Part shown: piece by piece, positions 34,724-48,504 of the stretch
Position numbering within the stretch: position 1 is the first letter of the stretch
Layout of the letters: each line of letters opens with the position of its first letter
From: Zootoca vivipara
Lineage: Eukaryota
DNA: 64,000 nt
Direction: 5' to 3'
Assembly (NCBI RefSeq): GCF_963506605.1
Contig: NC_083284.1
Location: 10,602,001 to 10,666,000, forward strand
Notes under the pieces: model-generated
What the model was told of the DNA's origin: nothing
What the model saw: the letters and a program-made list of their open reading frames with translations, nothing else
Databases searched by the model: none
Position numbers and translations under genes: made by a program

Positions 34724-37234
34724 GCTCCAAGCGAGCGAGTACATTTTTATTACCCCAAAGCTTTCAGTTTAAAGGTGGTTTAAAGGTGTTTCCTTGTTTT
34801 ACTGGTGAGTGGTTTTAACCATGCTGCCTGGTTTCACTATTATGAATTCAATTTCAGCATTTAAACTGCTTTTATTGTAATTTAAAAATATATTTTTGCA
34901 AGCCGCTTGGAGTGGGGCATACATTTTGGGGTAAATAAATACAACATTGCAAACTTGCTGGAGATAAGCAGGTCTGGCTCTAGCTGAGGGGTTGCCTAGG
35001 AACTTAATTAGTTCTTGCATTTTTACCCCTTTCCTTCAGGGCCCTGAAGGTAGCGTGCATAATTCTCCTCTCCGTATTTAATCTTCACAACAACCCTGTG
35101 AGGTGGGTTTGGGGGGAAACAGGGACACCCAGTGAGCTTCATGGCTGTATGAGGATTTGAACCTGCATACCTGAAGGAGCGTCTCCACCCCCATCGCTCA
35201 GTCCTGACACTGAGGTCTTCCTCCAAGGGTCTTCTGGTGGTTCCCTCACTGCGAGAAGTGAGGTTACAGGGAACCAGGCAGAGGGCCTTCTAGGTAGTGG
35301 CTCCTTCCCTGTGAAACGCCCTCCCATCAGATGTCAAGGAAATAAACAACTATCTGACTTTTAGAAGACATCTGAAGGCAGCCCTGCATAGGGAACTTTT
35401 TAATGTTTGGTGTTTTGCTGTGCTTGATGTTTTAATTTGTTGGAACCCACCCACTGTGGCTGGGACAACCCAATTGGATGTGCAGCATATAAATGAATGG
35501 ATGAATTAATTAATACTATTATTAACCCTAAGACTCAGCTATACAGCTGCAAATATAACGTTTTAAGTGTACTTTAAGTGCATTATACTAGTGTGACACT
35601 AGATGGCGATGGTGAGCTCATGGTAAAGTCAATATATTTTTCAAAACTTTTTTTAAAGCTTTTTTTAGGGTGTCTAGATTCCACCACAGGCCCACGGGGG
35701 TCGTTTCAACAGCCCACGAGCCACCCCCAAACTGAGCGGCCTGCTTGGCGAGTCCCCATGCGCTGCACTAAACCGGCACAGTGCAGAGCGGGGACTCACT
35801 TATGCAGTGCTGGAAATCATGTCTGCGCATGCGCAGATGCCAGAAATCGCATCTGCGTGGACGCCGGAAATCATGTCTGCACAGGCGCGATCCGGCCCAC
35901 GGAGCGATCTCCGTGGGAGGGAACCAGCCCAGGAGAGGTAAACCTTGCCAACCCCTGCTCTAACCATTACTCCAAGTATTCCTTGAGTTCCATGCTGGAA
36001 GATGTGTGGGCTGTATAATCAGTGATGTAGTTGGACAGCAAGGATAAGGTCCCATGAGGGATGGAGGAGGAATCCCGCAGTTTAGATTCCAGAGCAGACT
36101 CACCTGGGCCAGAACAAGTGGCTCATGACCCAGATCAGCTCAGACCCCGAGATTCCGGCATTGCAGGGGGTTGGACTAGATGACCCCCAGGTTCCCTTCC
36201 AACCCTACAGTTCTATGATTCTAAACAGTGCTGGCTGGTGTCTACTACTGGGGCTGGTATGGTAGAAAGCAGGCACACCAACACAGGCGGAGCCACCCCC
36301 TCCTGACTTACTGTAAGCAAGAAGGCAGGCAGGTGGGGGCTGGCTGAGGGTGGCCTCCCCTGCTCCTAAAAAGATGCTACTCAGCAAAAGTCAATGGAAA
36401 GTGTTCCTTCCACGGCATCAGGGTGTGAATTGCATCAGACTCAAGAGAATCTCGTTGTCTGTCACGGGAGCTGCCTTTAATCCAAATATTGGGTGAAACG
36501 CCCCGCAAACCAGGACTGTTCTGTGTCTGGTTTGATTTTCCTGGAGGTCAGCTGCTGCCAAGTCTTGCTGTTCTCATCCATTTCCTCGCTCTAAGCTCCC
36601 AGTCCCAAGACGATCAATGGAGGAGGCTAAGCAACAATCAATCAACAAGCCATGGCCCTCATGTCACCGAGAACATCTTACGTTTATGCATAGTGAAAGG
36701 GCGTCTCAGAAGAATGTTATGCCTTTTGACTCTTTGGTTTTACATCTCAGGCCAGCTTGAGTGATAAGATCTGATCGGCTGCTGTTCATTCTGTTTAGGA
36801 TCAGAATCAAAGCGGCTTCTCAAGCTTAGGAATTTCTAGCTGCCTCCCACCTTGCTATGTTGGCGTGCAGGTTAGGTGGGTGCCAAATAAAATTTAGGAC
36901 CAAAGTTTACGCGACATTTCAGGACTCCTTAACACGACCCGTGTTTTCAGCCTGAGAGAGGGAGGAGACAATTGGATCAGGGCTTCCGTGTCGGGGAAGT
37001 GTGGGCTAGCCTGTCCCACCCATCCCTCCTTCACTGGGCCCCTGATCCAAGTGCACTGGTTTCTGTGGCTATTAGCCATGGAAGGGAAAATATTCAGTCA
37101 CAATTGTTATGGGCATGTGGTTTCCCCTCCACTCCTAATAACAGATCCGAGGAAGCCATTTGGCTGTGGTGCACTGTAAACTACAGCCAATTTTTTACTG
37201 GGGGGAGGAGGAGGAACCTGCTTCAAATGTGCTT

Positions 37235-37910
37235 TAAAGTAGCTGTCTTATTACAAAAGAATTTCAGAAATAGACTGGAAAGATAAGTTGCTGAATTGCA
37301 ACTTATTACCATGCTTAAAACCATGGAGAGACCCGGTTTGAATAGAGACATTGGATTCTTATCTCATTATACAGTCATACCTCGGGTTACAGACGCTTTG
37401 GGTTGCGCATTTTCGGCTTGCGCACCCTGCTGAACCCGGAAGTACCGGAACAGGTTACTTCCAGGTTCCGGCGCTCGCACATGCGCAGAAGCACTAGATC
37501 GCGCTTTGTGCATGTGCAGAAGCGCCGAATCACGACCCGCGCATGCGCAGATGCGGCGCTGCAGATTGTGAATGCTGCGGGTTGCGAACATGCCTCCCGC
37601 ACGGATCATGTTCGCATCCCGAGCATCCACTGTACATGATAAAGCTATTTTTAGTCATCTCACCCCTTTCTTTTTCCTGTAAGACCAATTGCAGTCATTA
37701 AGAGTCATCAACAGGTTTACCACACCTATCAGCCAATCACCCCTTCCCACCACCCTTCTGAGTAATACCCCTCCCCACCCTCTCACTATATATAAGGGTC
37801 TGGTGACTTCTGTTTCAGTGTATCTGAAGAAGTGTGCATGCACACGAAAGCTCATACCAATGACAAACTTAGTTGGTCTCTAGAAGGTGCTACTGGAAGG
37901 ATTTTTTTTT
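37235..37910 (+). mobile_element. 5'-truncated Penelope-like element with a Tc1 MITE inserted (~37372-37632)
   Basis: KVAVLLQKNFRNRLE matches the ORF at 62831. The 3' end has a hammerhead motif at 37820-37857. Confidence 0.85.
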
Positions 37911-38567
37911 TTATTACAGTAAGTTTTAGATATCGAAAGTAATCCACATCTCAGGGTGGCTCCAAACATTTGTTTTTCCTAACGTGAACAACACTAGCTT
38001 GGCTTGTGCTTCCCATGGGTTTCTGCCTAGGAAAATGGGTGTGCACTGAAGTTGCATCTGGTGCAACCCCCATGCAATGCAGGAATATGTTGCTGTCCCA
38101 TATGGGGGACTCGAACCTGCAACCTTGGCATTATCAGCACCATGCTCTCACCAACTGCCATATCCAGGCTGATACTTTGCAAAGGGCTCTCATGAAGGGA
38201 TTGTTAGAGGACAATTCTCTAACTGAAGGAATCCTCTATTTGAAAGGTTGTCGGGGACCAGGTCTGGTTTAAAGATTGATTGAAACCTTAAGAAGGGAGA
38301 GCAGGTGCACTGAATTTGCCCATCTACAATGATCACCTGGCTGTCAGACTGTGCAGGTATACAAATTGCCTGGTCACGGTCTTCCCCACTGCAGCGAGAT
38401 GTATGCATTTCTATTTAAATCAATTTATACACCACCCTATACCTGGAGGTCTCCAGATTTTCACCTTTATGTATAAATTAACACGTGCCAATTTTATGCA
38501 AACCCATGTTTTCTGGGGGGGGGGAGTAATGTGTTTCTTTTTTGCAGGTGATACCTAAGAGACTGTT

Positions 38568-38935
38568 AAAGTAAAGGTAAAGGACCCCTTACAGTTAAGT
38601 CCAGTTGCGAATGACTCTGGGGTTGTGGCGCTCATCTCGCTTTACTGGCCAGGGGAGCCAACATTTGTACACAGACAGTGTTTCCAGGTCATGTGGCCAG
38701 CATGACTAAGCCACTTCTGGCGAAACCAGAACAGCACACGGAAACACAGTTTCTGTTCCCGCCGGAGTGGTACCTATTTATCTACTTGCACTTTGAAGTG
38801 CTTTCTAACTGCTAGGTTGGCAGGAGCTGGGACCAAGCAATGGGAGCTCACCCTGTTGCAGGGATTTGAACCGCCGACCTTCTGATCAGCAAGCCCTAGG
38901 CTCTGTGGTTTAGACCACAGCACCACCCGTGTCCC
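38568..38935 (-). mobile_element. Sauria SINE
   Basis: Family consensus, more diverged. Confidence 0.85.
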
Positions 38936-39809
38936 GTGACCCCTAAACAGCAGGGTCTCCTCTTTGAAAGATTTGCACCCAGACCTTGCTGGTCCAAAAC
39001 GGTTGCGCCGCCTTAGCAAGGGAGAAAAGCTGAAAGAATTAATCCAAGCCCAGCAATTGCAGCAAACAGATGGAGAGGATGAAGGAGAGATCAGATGGCA
39101 GTCACAAATGAGCATGTGCTGCTGTTTTGCTAGATGAAGCATCTATTTGTGTACCCCTCCAGCACATGCAAAGCCATTCTGCCAGTTTCTGCCCTTGGCA
39201 GCCTGGGTGCCTCCGGAGAAAAGCTTGTTTCAAAAAGTGCAAGGGGGGGGGACGGAGGACTGCATTGCCCTCGCTCTGCATATCAAAATCCTCTGTGATT
39301 CAAGAAAGCCATTATGTAAAAGTACCCTCTGAATGATAACCTTTGTAATAATGGCTCGTAAAACCCAAGCACTTTGAAGTTTTCTCTAGGCACCTGAAAA
39401 GGAAGCCAAGGAAAACAGGTCCACATTTAAGTGCGACAAAGAGTTTGTCCTGTCACTGGCACCTGTCTCTGGGCATCCAGAAGTGAAACTCTGTGGCTGT
39501 GTTTATTCTGCAATCATCCACTGGTGCAGAATGCAGAACCGAGTCGCCTGCATAACCCAAGTTTTCTTTTTTATTAAAAAAAACGAAACAAAAACAAATC
39601 CACAAGTTTCCTATGCCTTGCTGCCGTGCAGCCGTGAGATTGCTTATAAATCGTGCTGTCATTTTGACTTTGCTGCTGCTGTCCTTACTGTTGCGGTCTG
39701 AGTACCTTAGAAGTCAACCCTGTACTTTCCGTATCTCTTGTTAATCTACCACCTTGGAAGGCCTCAGAAAGGCAGAATACAATGCAATGAGGTCGAGGGT
39801 ACGTTCTTT

Positions 39810-40385
39810 CATATGTGGTGGACCTGTAAAGGGGTAGAAGGAGTATTGGGAAATAATTTATAATGAATTGAAAAAAAATATGTTTAAATTCATTTTTCAA
39901 AAAACAACAACCAGAGTCCTTTTTGTTGGGGATAATTTAGAGGGAAATTCCCAGGTGTCAAAAAAGGTTAATTATGTATGCCACTACTGCGGGCTGTGTT
40001 TTGTTAGCCCAAAAATGGAAAACAAGCGTGGTCCCAACTAAAGAAGAATGGCAGCTTAAACTGATGGAATATGTGCAGCTTGCGGGCCTAACACACAGAA
40101 TAAGAGAACAAGGAGAACATATGTTTAAAGAAGATTGGAAAATGATTATTGAATATGTGGGGGGAAATTGTGTACACTTGAAAATGTTGGCAGCGTTAAG
40201 ATAAATTCAACAGTATAAATAAGTTTTGATGGCTGTAATAATGGAAATATAATGTTATGTAAAATGAACCATGGGAAGAGAAGAAGGGAAGTCATTGATA
40301 TTTTTAAGGTTGTTTAAATGAATGTTCTAAATTGTAAAACAGAAAAATTAATAAAAATTATAAAAAAGAATTAAAAAAAGAAACG
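39810..40385 (+). mobile_element. L1 3' fragment
   Basis: MYATTA...AQKWK...PTKEEW and A-rich tail. Confidence 0.7.
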
Positions 40386-41032
40386 CAGACTACAGATAGA
40401 TGCTCCAAAAGCTGGAGGAGGAAGCCAGCATTACATAAAAGCCTGCTGGATCAGGCCAGTGGCCCATAGAGCCCAGCTTCCTGTTCTCACAGTGGGTCAA
40501 CCTGAGAGAAATGTGGAAGCAGGATCCGAGGACCAGAGCCCTCTCCCTCCTCTGGTTTCCAGCAACTGGTATTCAGAAGGATTACTGCCTCTGGTCCTGG
40601 AGGCAGAGCCTAGCCATGGTGTCTAGTCTTATCCTCCATGAATTTTAAAGCCATCACTGCCACATCTGGACATTTCTGGGTGCCAGGTTGGCGACTGCTG
40701 TTTACAAACCTCTGCCTTACTCGATAGTTAATACCATTTCAATTTGCCCTGTGGATGTTTCTCTTTCTTGGGACAAGTGAATTGTTGTAAGAGCAAGCAA
40801 AGAAGTTGAGATCATAGAATCGTAGCATTGGAAGGGACCCCGGGGGTCTTGTCTAGTCCAAACCCCTGGCAAACAGACATTCCATTGTGGTGGCCTAGCA
40901 TTTGGCACCTAGCTTATATACCCAAGTTTCTAACACTGCCTGGGTAAGTGTCTGCAACCCCTGGAATCTCACAGCACTAGGTGTGAAACACTATATCTAC
41001 TCTGCAGAGTTCAAGGAACTGCACAGACCCTT

Positions 41033-41382
41033 AAAGGTAAAGGGACCCCTGACCATTAGGTCCAGTCGTGACCGACTCTGGGGTTGCGCGCTCATCTCAC
41101 ATTATTGGCCGAGGGAGCCAGCGTATAGCTTCCAGGTCATGTGGCCAGCATGACAAAGCCGCTTCTGACAAACCAGAGCAGCACATGGAAACGCCGTTTA
41201 CCTTCCCACTGTAGCGGTTCCTATTTATCTACTTGCATTTTGACGTGCTTTCGAACTGCTAGGTTGGCAGGAGCTGGGACCGAGCAATGGGAGCTCACCC
41301 CGTCACAGGGATTCAAACCGCCGACCTTCTGATCAGCAAGCCCTAGGCTCAGTGGTTTAGACCACAGCGCCACCTGGGTCCC
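41033..41382 (-). mobile_element. Sauria SINE
   Basis: Family consensus with TSD TGCACAGACCCTT. Confidence 0.9.
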
Positions 41383-43068
41383 TGCACAGACCCTTAACCC
41401 TGGGCAAATCCCTCCCTGTAATTTTTAGAGTCCTCCCCCCCACTCAAGTATGCTCTGCACTGTGTCAGAAGAACTGCTAACTTTCAGAGCTTTGTGCTTG
41501 AAAAAATGTGCAAGTAAAGCCTGCCAGGGGGAAATTCCATCCGCCTTTCAGCCCAATGTCCCATTCCCTCTAATTTGGATTTTCTTGACAGGTGTAGGCT
41601 TCAGAATGTGCGGCTCCACCCTGGCTCCCAGTCATCGTGTGTGCAGCCTGAACCTTCAGGTGATTCAAACATTGTCCCTCTTTTTTTTTAAAAAAAGGTA
41701 CCCGACTTCAAAACGCATAGCAGCTTATCTGGCACAAATTCCTATACAAAGAAGGCAACACCTGCGAGGATAAGGCTGGCAGGAGACTTCCTATGGCAAT
41801 AGGCTGCTTGATTCTGCATGCTGTGCTCATCACAAGATGTTCACTCTTCTGCAGCCTCATCGTCTGTGCACGAAAAGAACAAGGCTGCATACGCTGGAGA
41901 AATATTTCCTTCATCCCAAAAGAGCAGAACGAGTGAAACTGAACAGCACTCAGCAATCGAGCAGGGCTGCAGTTGCATGCGCCAGGAGGGGTGTGTGTGT
42001 CTTGCTTAAGTAAGGAGAGCTCTGTGGGTTCGGATCAGTGGCCCATTTAGTTCAGCATCCTGTTCTCACAGTGGCCAAACAGGTGCCAATAGCTGGATCC
42101 ATGTGCAACAGCATTCTCCCTACTTGTGATAGGCGGGGGGAGGGGTACCTAGGTACCAGATTGGACCCCGCCAAAGACCCAGGCCAAAATCGGACCTCAG
42201 CAACCTGGCTCGAAGTGGCTAGGAGGCCACCTGCCCATACACACACACACACACAACCGGCTGCTCTTCTGCTGCTCTGGGTAGCCGCGATGCCAAGGGC
42301 GCAAGGGAGCTTAGGTATTCCTCTGATTGCAATTCTCAGAAACTGGCATTCAGAGCAGTGTTCGAAATTAGCCAGGCACATTTTGCACCTGGCTATCGGC
42401 CCCTTGCAACCAAGTGAAGGTGCCCGGGGTGCCAGGATGGCACCTGACAGCTCCACCATCTGCAGGTGGGATCCTTGGATCTGGACTGTTTTCACACACT
42501 AACACCCTATCCGTGATATTTCATCTGCACTATCAGAATGAATTTGAGGGAAAAAATGCTTCATCTGTACAGCCTGCGCAGGAGCAGCGAACAACGCGGT
42601 AGTTAACTGTTGCAGCTTGTCTTCACTTACCCCAACCCACTGCACTGTGAAGAATATTCCTACATTATGAATGGCCCAAGTCACCATTAAGAAAAAGAGG
42701 TCAAAATAGGCCTATATATTTGTGGACCGTCGCTGGACCAAGTGACTTTTCTTCTTTGAGTTCTCAAAGCTCTGAACCTAGCTCAAGGCGGTCATCTGAA
42801 CTAGCCAGAGGCTTATCTGATAATCACAGTCAGTCCATCATTTGAAAAATAAGACTTTAGAGCCACCTGGCCCCAAAATGGCAACTAGACATTCAGTTTT
42901 GGCAAATGTAACCTTGGTTTATGGTGACATTTGGCCCCTAGCTTATGTATCTGAGTTTCTAACACCGGTTCAGAGGCATGCTGCGTCCAACTGTAGAGGT
43001 GAAGCAACCATGCCTAGTAACGATAGAAGGCCTTCTCCTCCGTGAATTTATCTCATGCTTTTTTAAAG

Positions 43069-43422
43069 GTGGACGCGGGTGGCACTGTGGGTTAAACCAC
43101 GGAGCCTAGGGCTTGCCGATCAGAAGGTCGGCGGTTCAAATCCCCATGACGGGGTGAGCTCCTGTTGCTTGGTCCCTACTCCTGCCAACCTAGCAGTTTG
43201 AAAGCATGTCAAAGTGCAAGTAAATAAATAGGTACCGCTACAGCGGGAAGGTAAATGGTGTTTCCATGTGCTGCTCTGGTTCGCCAGAAGCGGATTAGTC
43301 ATGCTGGCCACATGACCAGGAAGCTGTACGCCGGCTCCCTCGGCCAGTAAAGTGAGATGAGCACCGACACCCCAGAGTCGTTCATGACTGGATCTAACGG
43401 TCAGGGGTCACTTTACCTTTAC
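43069..43422 (+). mobile_element. Sauria SINE
   Basis: Family consensus. Confidence 0.9.
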
Positions 43423-43899
43423 CTATTTTAAAGGCACCCAAGTTGGTACCCATCACTACCGCTTTGGGAAACAAATTCTGTATGCACTGTGTGAAGACAT
43501 ATACTTACAGCTGCTTTAGACAGAGTTAAAACTATATTGCACCATCCATGATGTCGTCCAATATTGTGAGGACAACACAATAAGCTCAAAGCTGCCTTAG
43601 CAAGACCCATGTGGGACTTGAAGACACTGTGCATCTCCCCGGTTCTTTTTGCTGCTGTCTCACACTGAGTTAAACCAAGGTATGACTTAGCACGCTGCCC
43701 AAAACAAGTTAAGCTCACAGGTAATTTCTTTCCCTCGCTTGCCATGAGCTGTAACCGAGGTTTGTTCAACAAAAAAGTGGATTAAAAAAAGGAAGCCCAC
43801 TGCCACCCAGCATTCCAGCAACATTGACATAAACAATATGTCTAACACAGGCCAAATGATATTGAATATATGTCAAGGAGCAAAGGAAAATAAAATAAA

Positions 43900-43905
43900 T
43901 TTATT
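43900..43905 (-). terminator. Candidate SOWAHB poly(A) signal
   Basis: AATAAA on the minus strand about 880 nt after the stop, followed by a T-rich tract. Confidence 0.5.
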
Positions 43906-44784
43906 AACAGGTTTTTAAAAATAACATAGTAAAATAAATTCCGAGGTTTTGTTGATTGTTTTCTTTTCAGCTCTGTGCTTTGGGGTGGCCATAGAGGGAA
44001 AGGATTTCATTTCATTAACCCAGTATTTGAGATAACACTTCAACCCCACTCCACAATTTTGTTGTCATTGTTTTCCTTAGGTTTAAATTCCTCCACAAGG
44101 TGATCCCAGCTTAATTAAAAAGGAGTCCCCAGTCTGTCTGTCTCATTCACAACCTATTCCTGAAGGCAAACAATTAATTGCGGCTGTTGCAGGGCAAATG
44201 ACACCCCAGTTCAAAAGCCTGGCCACCTTCACCCCAAGTGGCATCCTGAATACTGTTATTATGGTGGTTTCGGCTAAAATCCCACCAGCCCCAGTTCCCC
44301 AAGCGCCTACATATTAAAAGCTCTCCTGCATACAAAAAAGCTCTCTTTGGAGGGGGAGTTAAAAATGGGTTTGAGATTCTTAGCTGCTTGGTTCACCCTT
44401 CCATACAAGCATTCTTAAGAGGCCTAAGCTGTCCCCACCAGCATCCAAACAGAGTACATTCTCCCACGCCCGACTCTAAAGATGGAGCACTAATAAGAAC
44501 ATGGTTAAAAACATAGTTTCTCTGCGATGGGGCACAGAGCAACAAAACTGGAAGTAGTGGATACTGCAAGACTTCTCCATCAATTGACCCCGGCAGAAGC
44601 ACCTACCTGCCTAGGATAACTGGAAAAAATAAAATCAATTAAAATAAATATGGATAAAGTGCTCAATTGTGCTCTCCTCTTGTCCCTTGCCAAATCCAAC
44701 CACATTGCAGGCAAAACCCTTGGGAATCTGTCCTGTGACACCCTCTCCAGTGGTGTTTAGCAGAGAGCATCCCCCCCGTGGTCC

Positions 44785-46821
44785 TCAGTCGCTGTATTCC
44801 TCCTCCCTCTCCTGCAGCAGGTGGAACCTGCTCCCCATTTTCCACTTGATATGCTGAGGTTTCAAGTACGCTGCCAAGGAAGTCTTCCTGCTGACTTTCC
44901 TGCCCAGCTCTGGGCTCTTGCCCTTTTTTGCACCGAGCGAGGTGAAGCTCCTGGCTATGGGGTGGGCCGGGAAGATGGTCTTGCCCTGAGGAGCCTCCAG
45001 GAGCTGCCACACCTCCCCCGAGGTGGCGCTGCTCAGGTACTGCCAGGGCCTCTTGCCGCTGCTGTCGCGCACCTGCGTGCTGCACCGCAGCTTCTGCACC
45101 AGCAGCTTGACGACCAGCTGGTGGCCGTGCATGGCAGCCAGGTGCAGAGGGGTGTACCCGCAGCCGGACTTGGCGTCCACGTCAAGGTCCACGCCGGCTT
45201 TCCTGGCGCCGGCGACAAAGTCCTGCATCACTTGCACGTTCCCATGCTTGGCCAGCCAGTGGAGCACAGTGTAGCCCATGATGAAATCTTTGCGGGTGGC
45301 CAGGTGGGGGTCTTCCAGGAAGAGCGCCCTGGCCTGCATCCATGAACCGGTGGCTACTTTCACCAGCCAGGCATGCTCTCGGGGTTCCAAGGGCACAGAG
45401 GAAGACCTGCCTTCGCTCTGAGCATCCGCATCTGGGCCCAGCCCTTGCAGGTCAGGAGAAGTGGCTGAGCATCCTTGCCTCTGGACTAGGCGTGGGCTCA
45501 GGGGGGTCTCCAGGGGAGAGGGAGACAGCCTGGTCACTTTCCAGGGGTTGGGTGGCTCTTTGCCAGGTTTCTGGGAGTCTGCGTCCCACAGCTTGTCCCA
45601 GGAGGCAGCTCTGCTCACCACCCGGTTCAGCAAGGCGAGGTGATCTGGCAGGGCGCCATCCTTGGCCAAGTCATTTCCGTGGGGTCTGTAGCAGATGCTT
45701 TCTGGCGAGGCCCGGGTTGTCCCTGTTGAATTACCGCCGTGTCCGTTCTGCCTCGCAGGGAAGGGCTGGTGAAGGACGCCGGCGCGCCCTTCAGGCCGGT
45801 AGGAGTCGCTGCCTCCGCTGGCGCTGCTGCCGTCTTCGCTCGCCGAGCTCGCCTTCTCGATAAAGTCCTCCAGGTCCTGCAGGGAGAGCTGGCACCGGAT
45901 GCTCCGGAAGACGGGCGCAGGGTCCCGCCGGGCACCCAGCCCGGGCAAGGAATCCTGAGAAAGGCAGGCGCTCCGCACCGAGCTGGGGGGCGACGGCCGG
46001 GTTGGCCAGGAGGACCCTTCTTCACGCTGCAGAAGGGGGTCAGGCAGGGCGGACTGGTGCGTAACAGCATGCGCCCTCTCCACCCACTCGCGGATCCTTT
46101 GCTGGGGGCTGGCGGCACTTGGAGGCGCGACCATTTTCCCGACGGGTAAATAGGGGCCATTTGTCTGCGGCGCCCCGCCTAGCAGGAGCGGAGGGTCTCC
46201 CCGAAGAGCCTGACGGGGCTCCCTTTGGCTGTGCTGCTCCGTTCCAAGCAGGGCGCACGGCTCCGAGGGGCTTCTCCGGCCGCCTAGCGCGGTGTTTGGC
46301 GGAAACAGCGCCCCCGTTCGCCCTCCCAGCCCCCCCGGGGGGCACCTGCGAGGCTCCGGGAAAGTCCTGAGCTGGTGGGCCGAACCTGGGCCGGCGCGCT
46401 CCTCTTCCACCTGGCGCCGGGGAGGCTCCTCGCCGTGCGCCCTGCGCGCGCGCTGCGCCCCGGCCTGGCCCTGCAGCGCCCCCCGGCCGATTTCTACTTC
46501 CAGATGCGGTGGCGGCGGCTTGGCGGCTTGGCTGTGGGCGGCATCGTCGGCAGGTGCCCTGGGTTCCTCTCCCACCAGCTCTCGGTAGCGTTTCCTGAGC
46601 ACCACGTACTTGGCGGCGCCCGGCGGCTCGTCCTGCTTCACGGTGGCCACGGAGTTGACGAAGCCCTTGAAGAGCTCTCGGCGGCGCTGCAGCTGAGCCG
46701 GAGACGCGTCGGGGTCCCGCAAGAAGAGCCTGAAGTGGCTCAGCAAGGCGGCGTTGGCCACGGTCCCCCCGGCCTGGCAGAGGAAGTCCAGCACCTCGGC
46801 TTGGCTCAGCTCTTTGGCCAT
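44785..46821 (-). CDS. SOWAHB: Sosondowah ankyrin repeat domain family member B (ANKRD56), single exon, 678 aa
   Basis: The N-terminus MAKELSQAEVLDFLCQAGGTVANAALLSHF...RRELFKGFVNSVATV matches the recalled SOWAHB N-terminus. Has an internal PVFRSIRCQLSLQDLEDF motif and C-terminal ankyrin repeats (LHWLAKHG; GYTPLHLAAMHG). Intronless, as known for this family. Confidence 0.95.
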   Translation of the reverse strand: MAKELSQAEVLDFLCQAGGTVANAALLSHFRLFLRDPDASPAQLQRRRELFKGFVNSVATVKQDEPPGAAKYVVLRKRYRELVGEEPRAPADDAAHSQAAKPPPPHLEVEIGRGALQGQAGAQRARRAHGEEPPRRQVEEERAGPGSAHQLRTFPEPRRCPPGGLGGRTGALFPPNTALGGRRSPSEPCALLGTEQHSQREPRQALRGDPPLLLGGAPQTNGPYLPVGKMVAPPSAASPQQRIREWVERAHAVTHQSALPDPLLQREEGSSWPTRPSPPSSVRSACLSQDSLPGLGARRDPAPVFRSIRCQLSLQDLEDFIEKASSASEDGSSASGGSDSYRPEGRAGVLHQPFPARQNGHGGNSTGTTRASPESICYRPHGNDLAKDGALPDHLALLNRVVSRAASWDKLWDADSQKPGKEPPNPWKVTRLSPSPLETPLSPRLVQRQGCSATSPDLQGLGPDADAQSEGRSSSVPLEPREHAWLVKVATGSWMQARALFLEDPHLATRKDFIMGYTVLHWLAKHGNVQVMQDFVAGARKAGVDLDVDAKSGCGYTPLHLAAMHGHQLVVKLLVQKLRCSTQVRDSSGKRPWQYLSSATSGEVWQLLEAPQGKTIFPAHPIARSFTSLGAKKGKSPELGRKVSRKTSLAAYLKPQHIKWKMGSRFHLLQEREEEYSD

Positions 46822-47140
46822 GATGACCTCGAAATCCCGGGCGCACGGATCACCTCCGCGGGCCCAGCGCGCACGGCTCTCGCTGCTGCTGCTGCCGCTG
46901 CTTCCTCCTCCATCCGGCCATGCTCCACCTCGCCAAGCTTATCTCCTCCCCAGCCCCGCCGCGGCTCCGCACGCCCGAGGCATTCGGGAACAGAAACCGC
47001 CGCACACGCGCGCTCTCCCCGGGGCGGCGCCCAGGATGAAACTTCTTCCCGGAGTCAGTTTCACCTGGGCTCCGTAGCCCCGCCCACGTCCCCACCTCGT
47101 GGCTCCTCCCCTCCCGTGCCTTGGCCCCGCCCCTTCTGCT
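45700..47140. promoter_or_regulatory. CpG island / SOWAHB promoter with GC boxes
   Basis: Very high GC and CpG density over the 5' half of SOWAHB, with GGGCGGGG boxes (minus) near 47078 and 47125. Confidence 0.8.
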
Positions 47141-48504
47141 CTTTCCCCCCATCCTTGGCAACTAAACTTCTTCCTCTTGCTTTCTTTGCAAATCAGCCTG
47201 ACCTGTTTTGGAGATATTCCCAAGCGGAGGTCAAGGAAAGTGTGTCTGCGGAGGTGAGGCCCAGGAAGAGTTCCAAGAGAGAACTGTTAGTATCTTACCC
47301 TCAGGTGCATTACGTTACCATGGGGGGGGCACACCTTACAGCTTCACTTTCGTATTGTATTTGTGGGCGGCTGTGGAAGTGTGTGTGTTCAGAAATTGCA
47401 TTACTTTTTCCTTAGTGAAGTGCATTAAGGAAAAAACAACACTGCATACACCAGCAGCCCCCGCCCCCAGAGCACCCCATCTTTAAGGTTAAAAGGAACA
47501 GGAAAGATGAAGCTGTTTCTAAAGTTTCACAAGCTTTTGCTATCTCTCCCTGCAGTCTTTCAGAAATTGCAGGTGGCAGGGGACGAATGCGGGACAAAAG
47601 TCCCCGTTTAAAGTTTACAGAGGAGTTATACATTAACAGCACCGTCCCAGAGGTGTGATTTCCTAGGAAGTGCTACTCAGTTCCATGGTTTTTACCCTTA
47701 GGTAAGCGTGTGTGCAGGATTGCAGCCGGATCTGAGGCACATTCCTTCACTTACTCTACTCTATTGCGGGGGGTGAGGGGGGGCTCAGACTGGGGAAGCG
47801 AAAATAGCATTTCTATCTGGCCCTCAGAACCCTCCCCAGGAGAAAGTGATTTGTTTCCTGGATGCCTCTGGGCGGCTTTTGAACACCCTCTGCTAAGCTA
47901 AGCAGGTGTAGACCCAGTCAGTCCTTGGATGGGTGGAGATCACTAAATCTCAGTGGAAGTCGCTGCATGTCCCGCTGTTTACCCATCCATTCTCCAAGGA
48001 ACTCGAAGCAACACCCGTGAGCTTATCCTCTCTTATCCTAGCCTATCTCTCTGTCCACAGGACTTTGTTGTCCTGGCCAGCTCCGTCTGCAAATGCCCCT
48101 GCACTGGATTTCTGATGTTCCAGCTGACAACAAGACTGTCACATACCACAGGGCTAAACTTCTGGTCTGCAAATAACTCAAAGGTTGCAGATCTGTGTGT
48201 GCTTACTTGGGGGGGGGGGAGCCCCGCTGGGACTAACTTCTGAATAAACATCCTTCAGATTACCCTCAGGACAGAGTCCAGTCTGTGGACATGGCCTATG
48301 GCATGCCAGCCAAGTCAGCAGGTACTTTCTCTGCCTTGCAAGAAGATTGCTAGGTTGGACTATACTAGAAAGTAGGCCATAGCATTATGGCAAATCAGAC
48401 TGGTGACTCACCCTATTTTGGGGGGGATTGCATTTTTTGTTAATTTTAAAAACAATTTTAATGCCCTGGGACCTTAGCATGAAGGGCAAGGAATAAATAA
48501 AAAT

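Noticed and set aside
46375-47415. 346-aa plus-strand ORF and other ORFs overlapping SOWAHB
   Set aside because: GC-rich shadow frames of the CpG island with non-ATG starts or low-complexity products and no recognisable domain.
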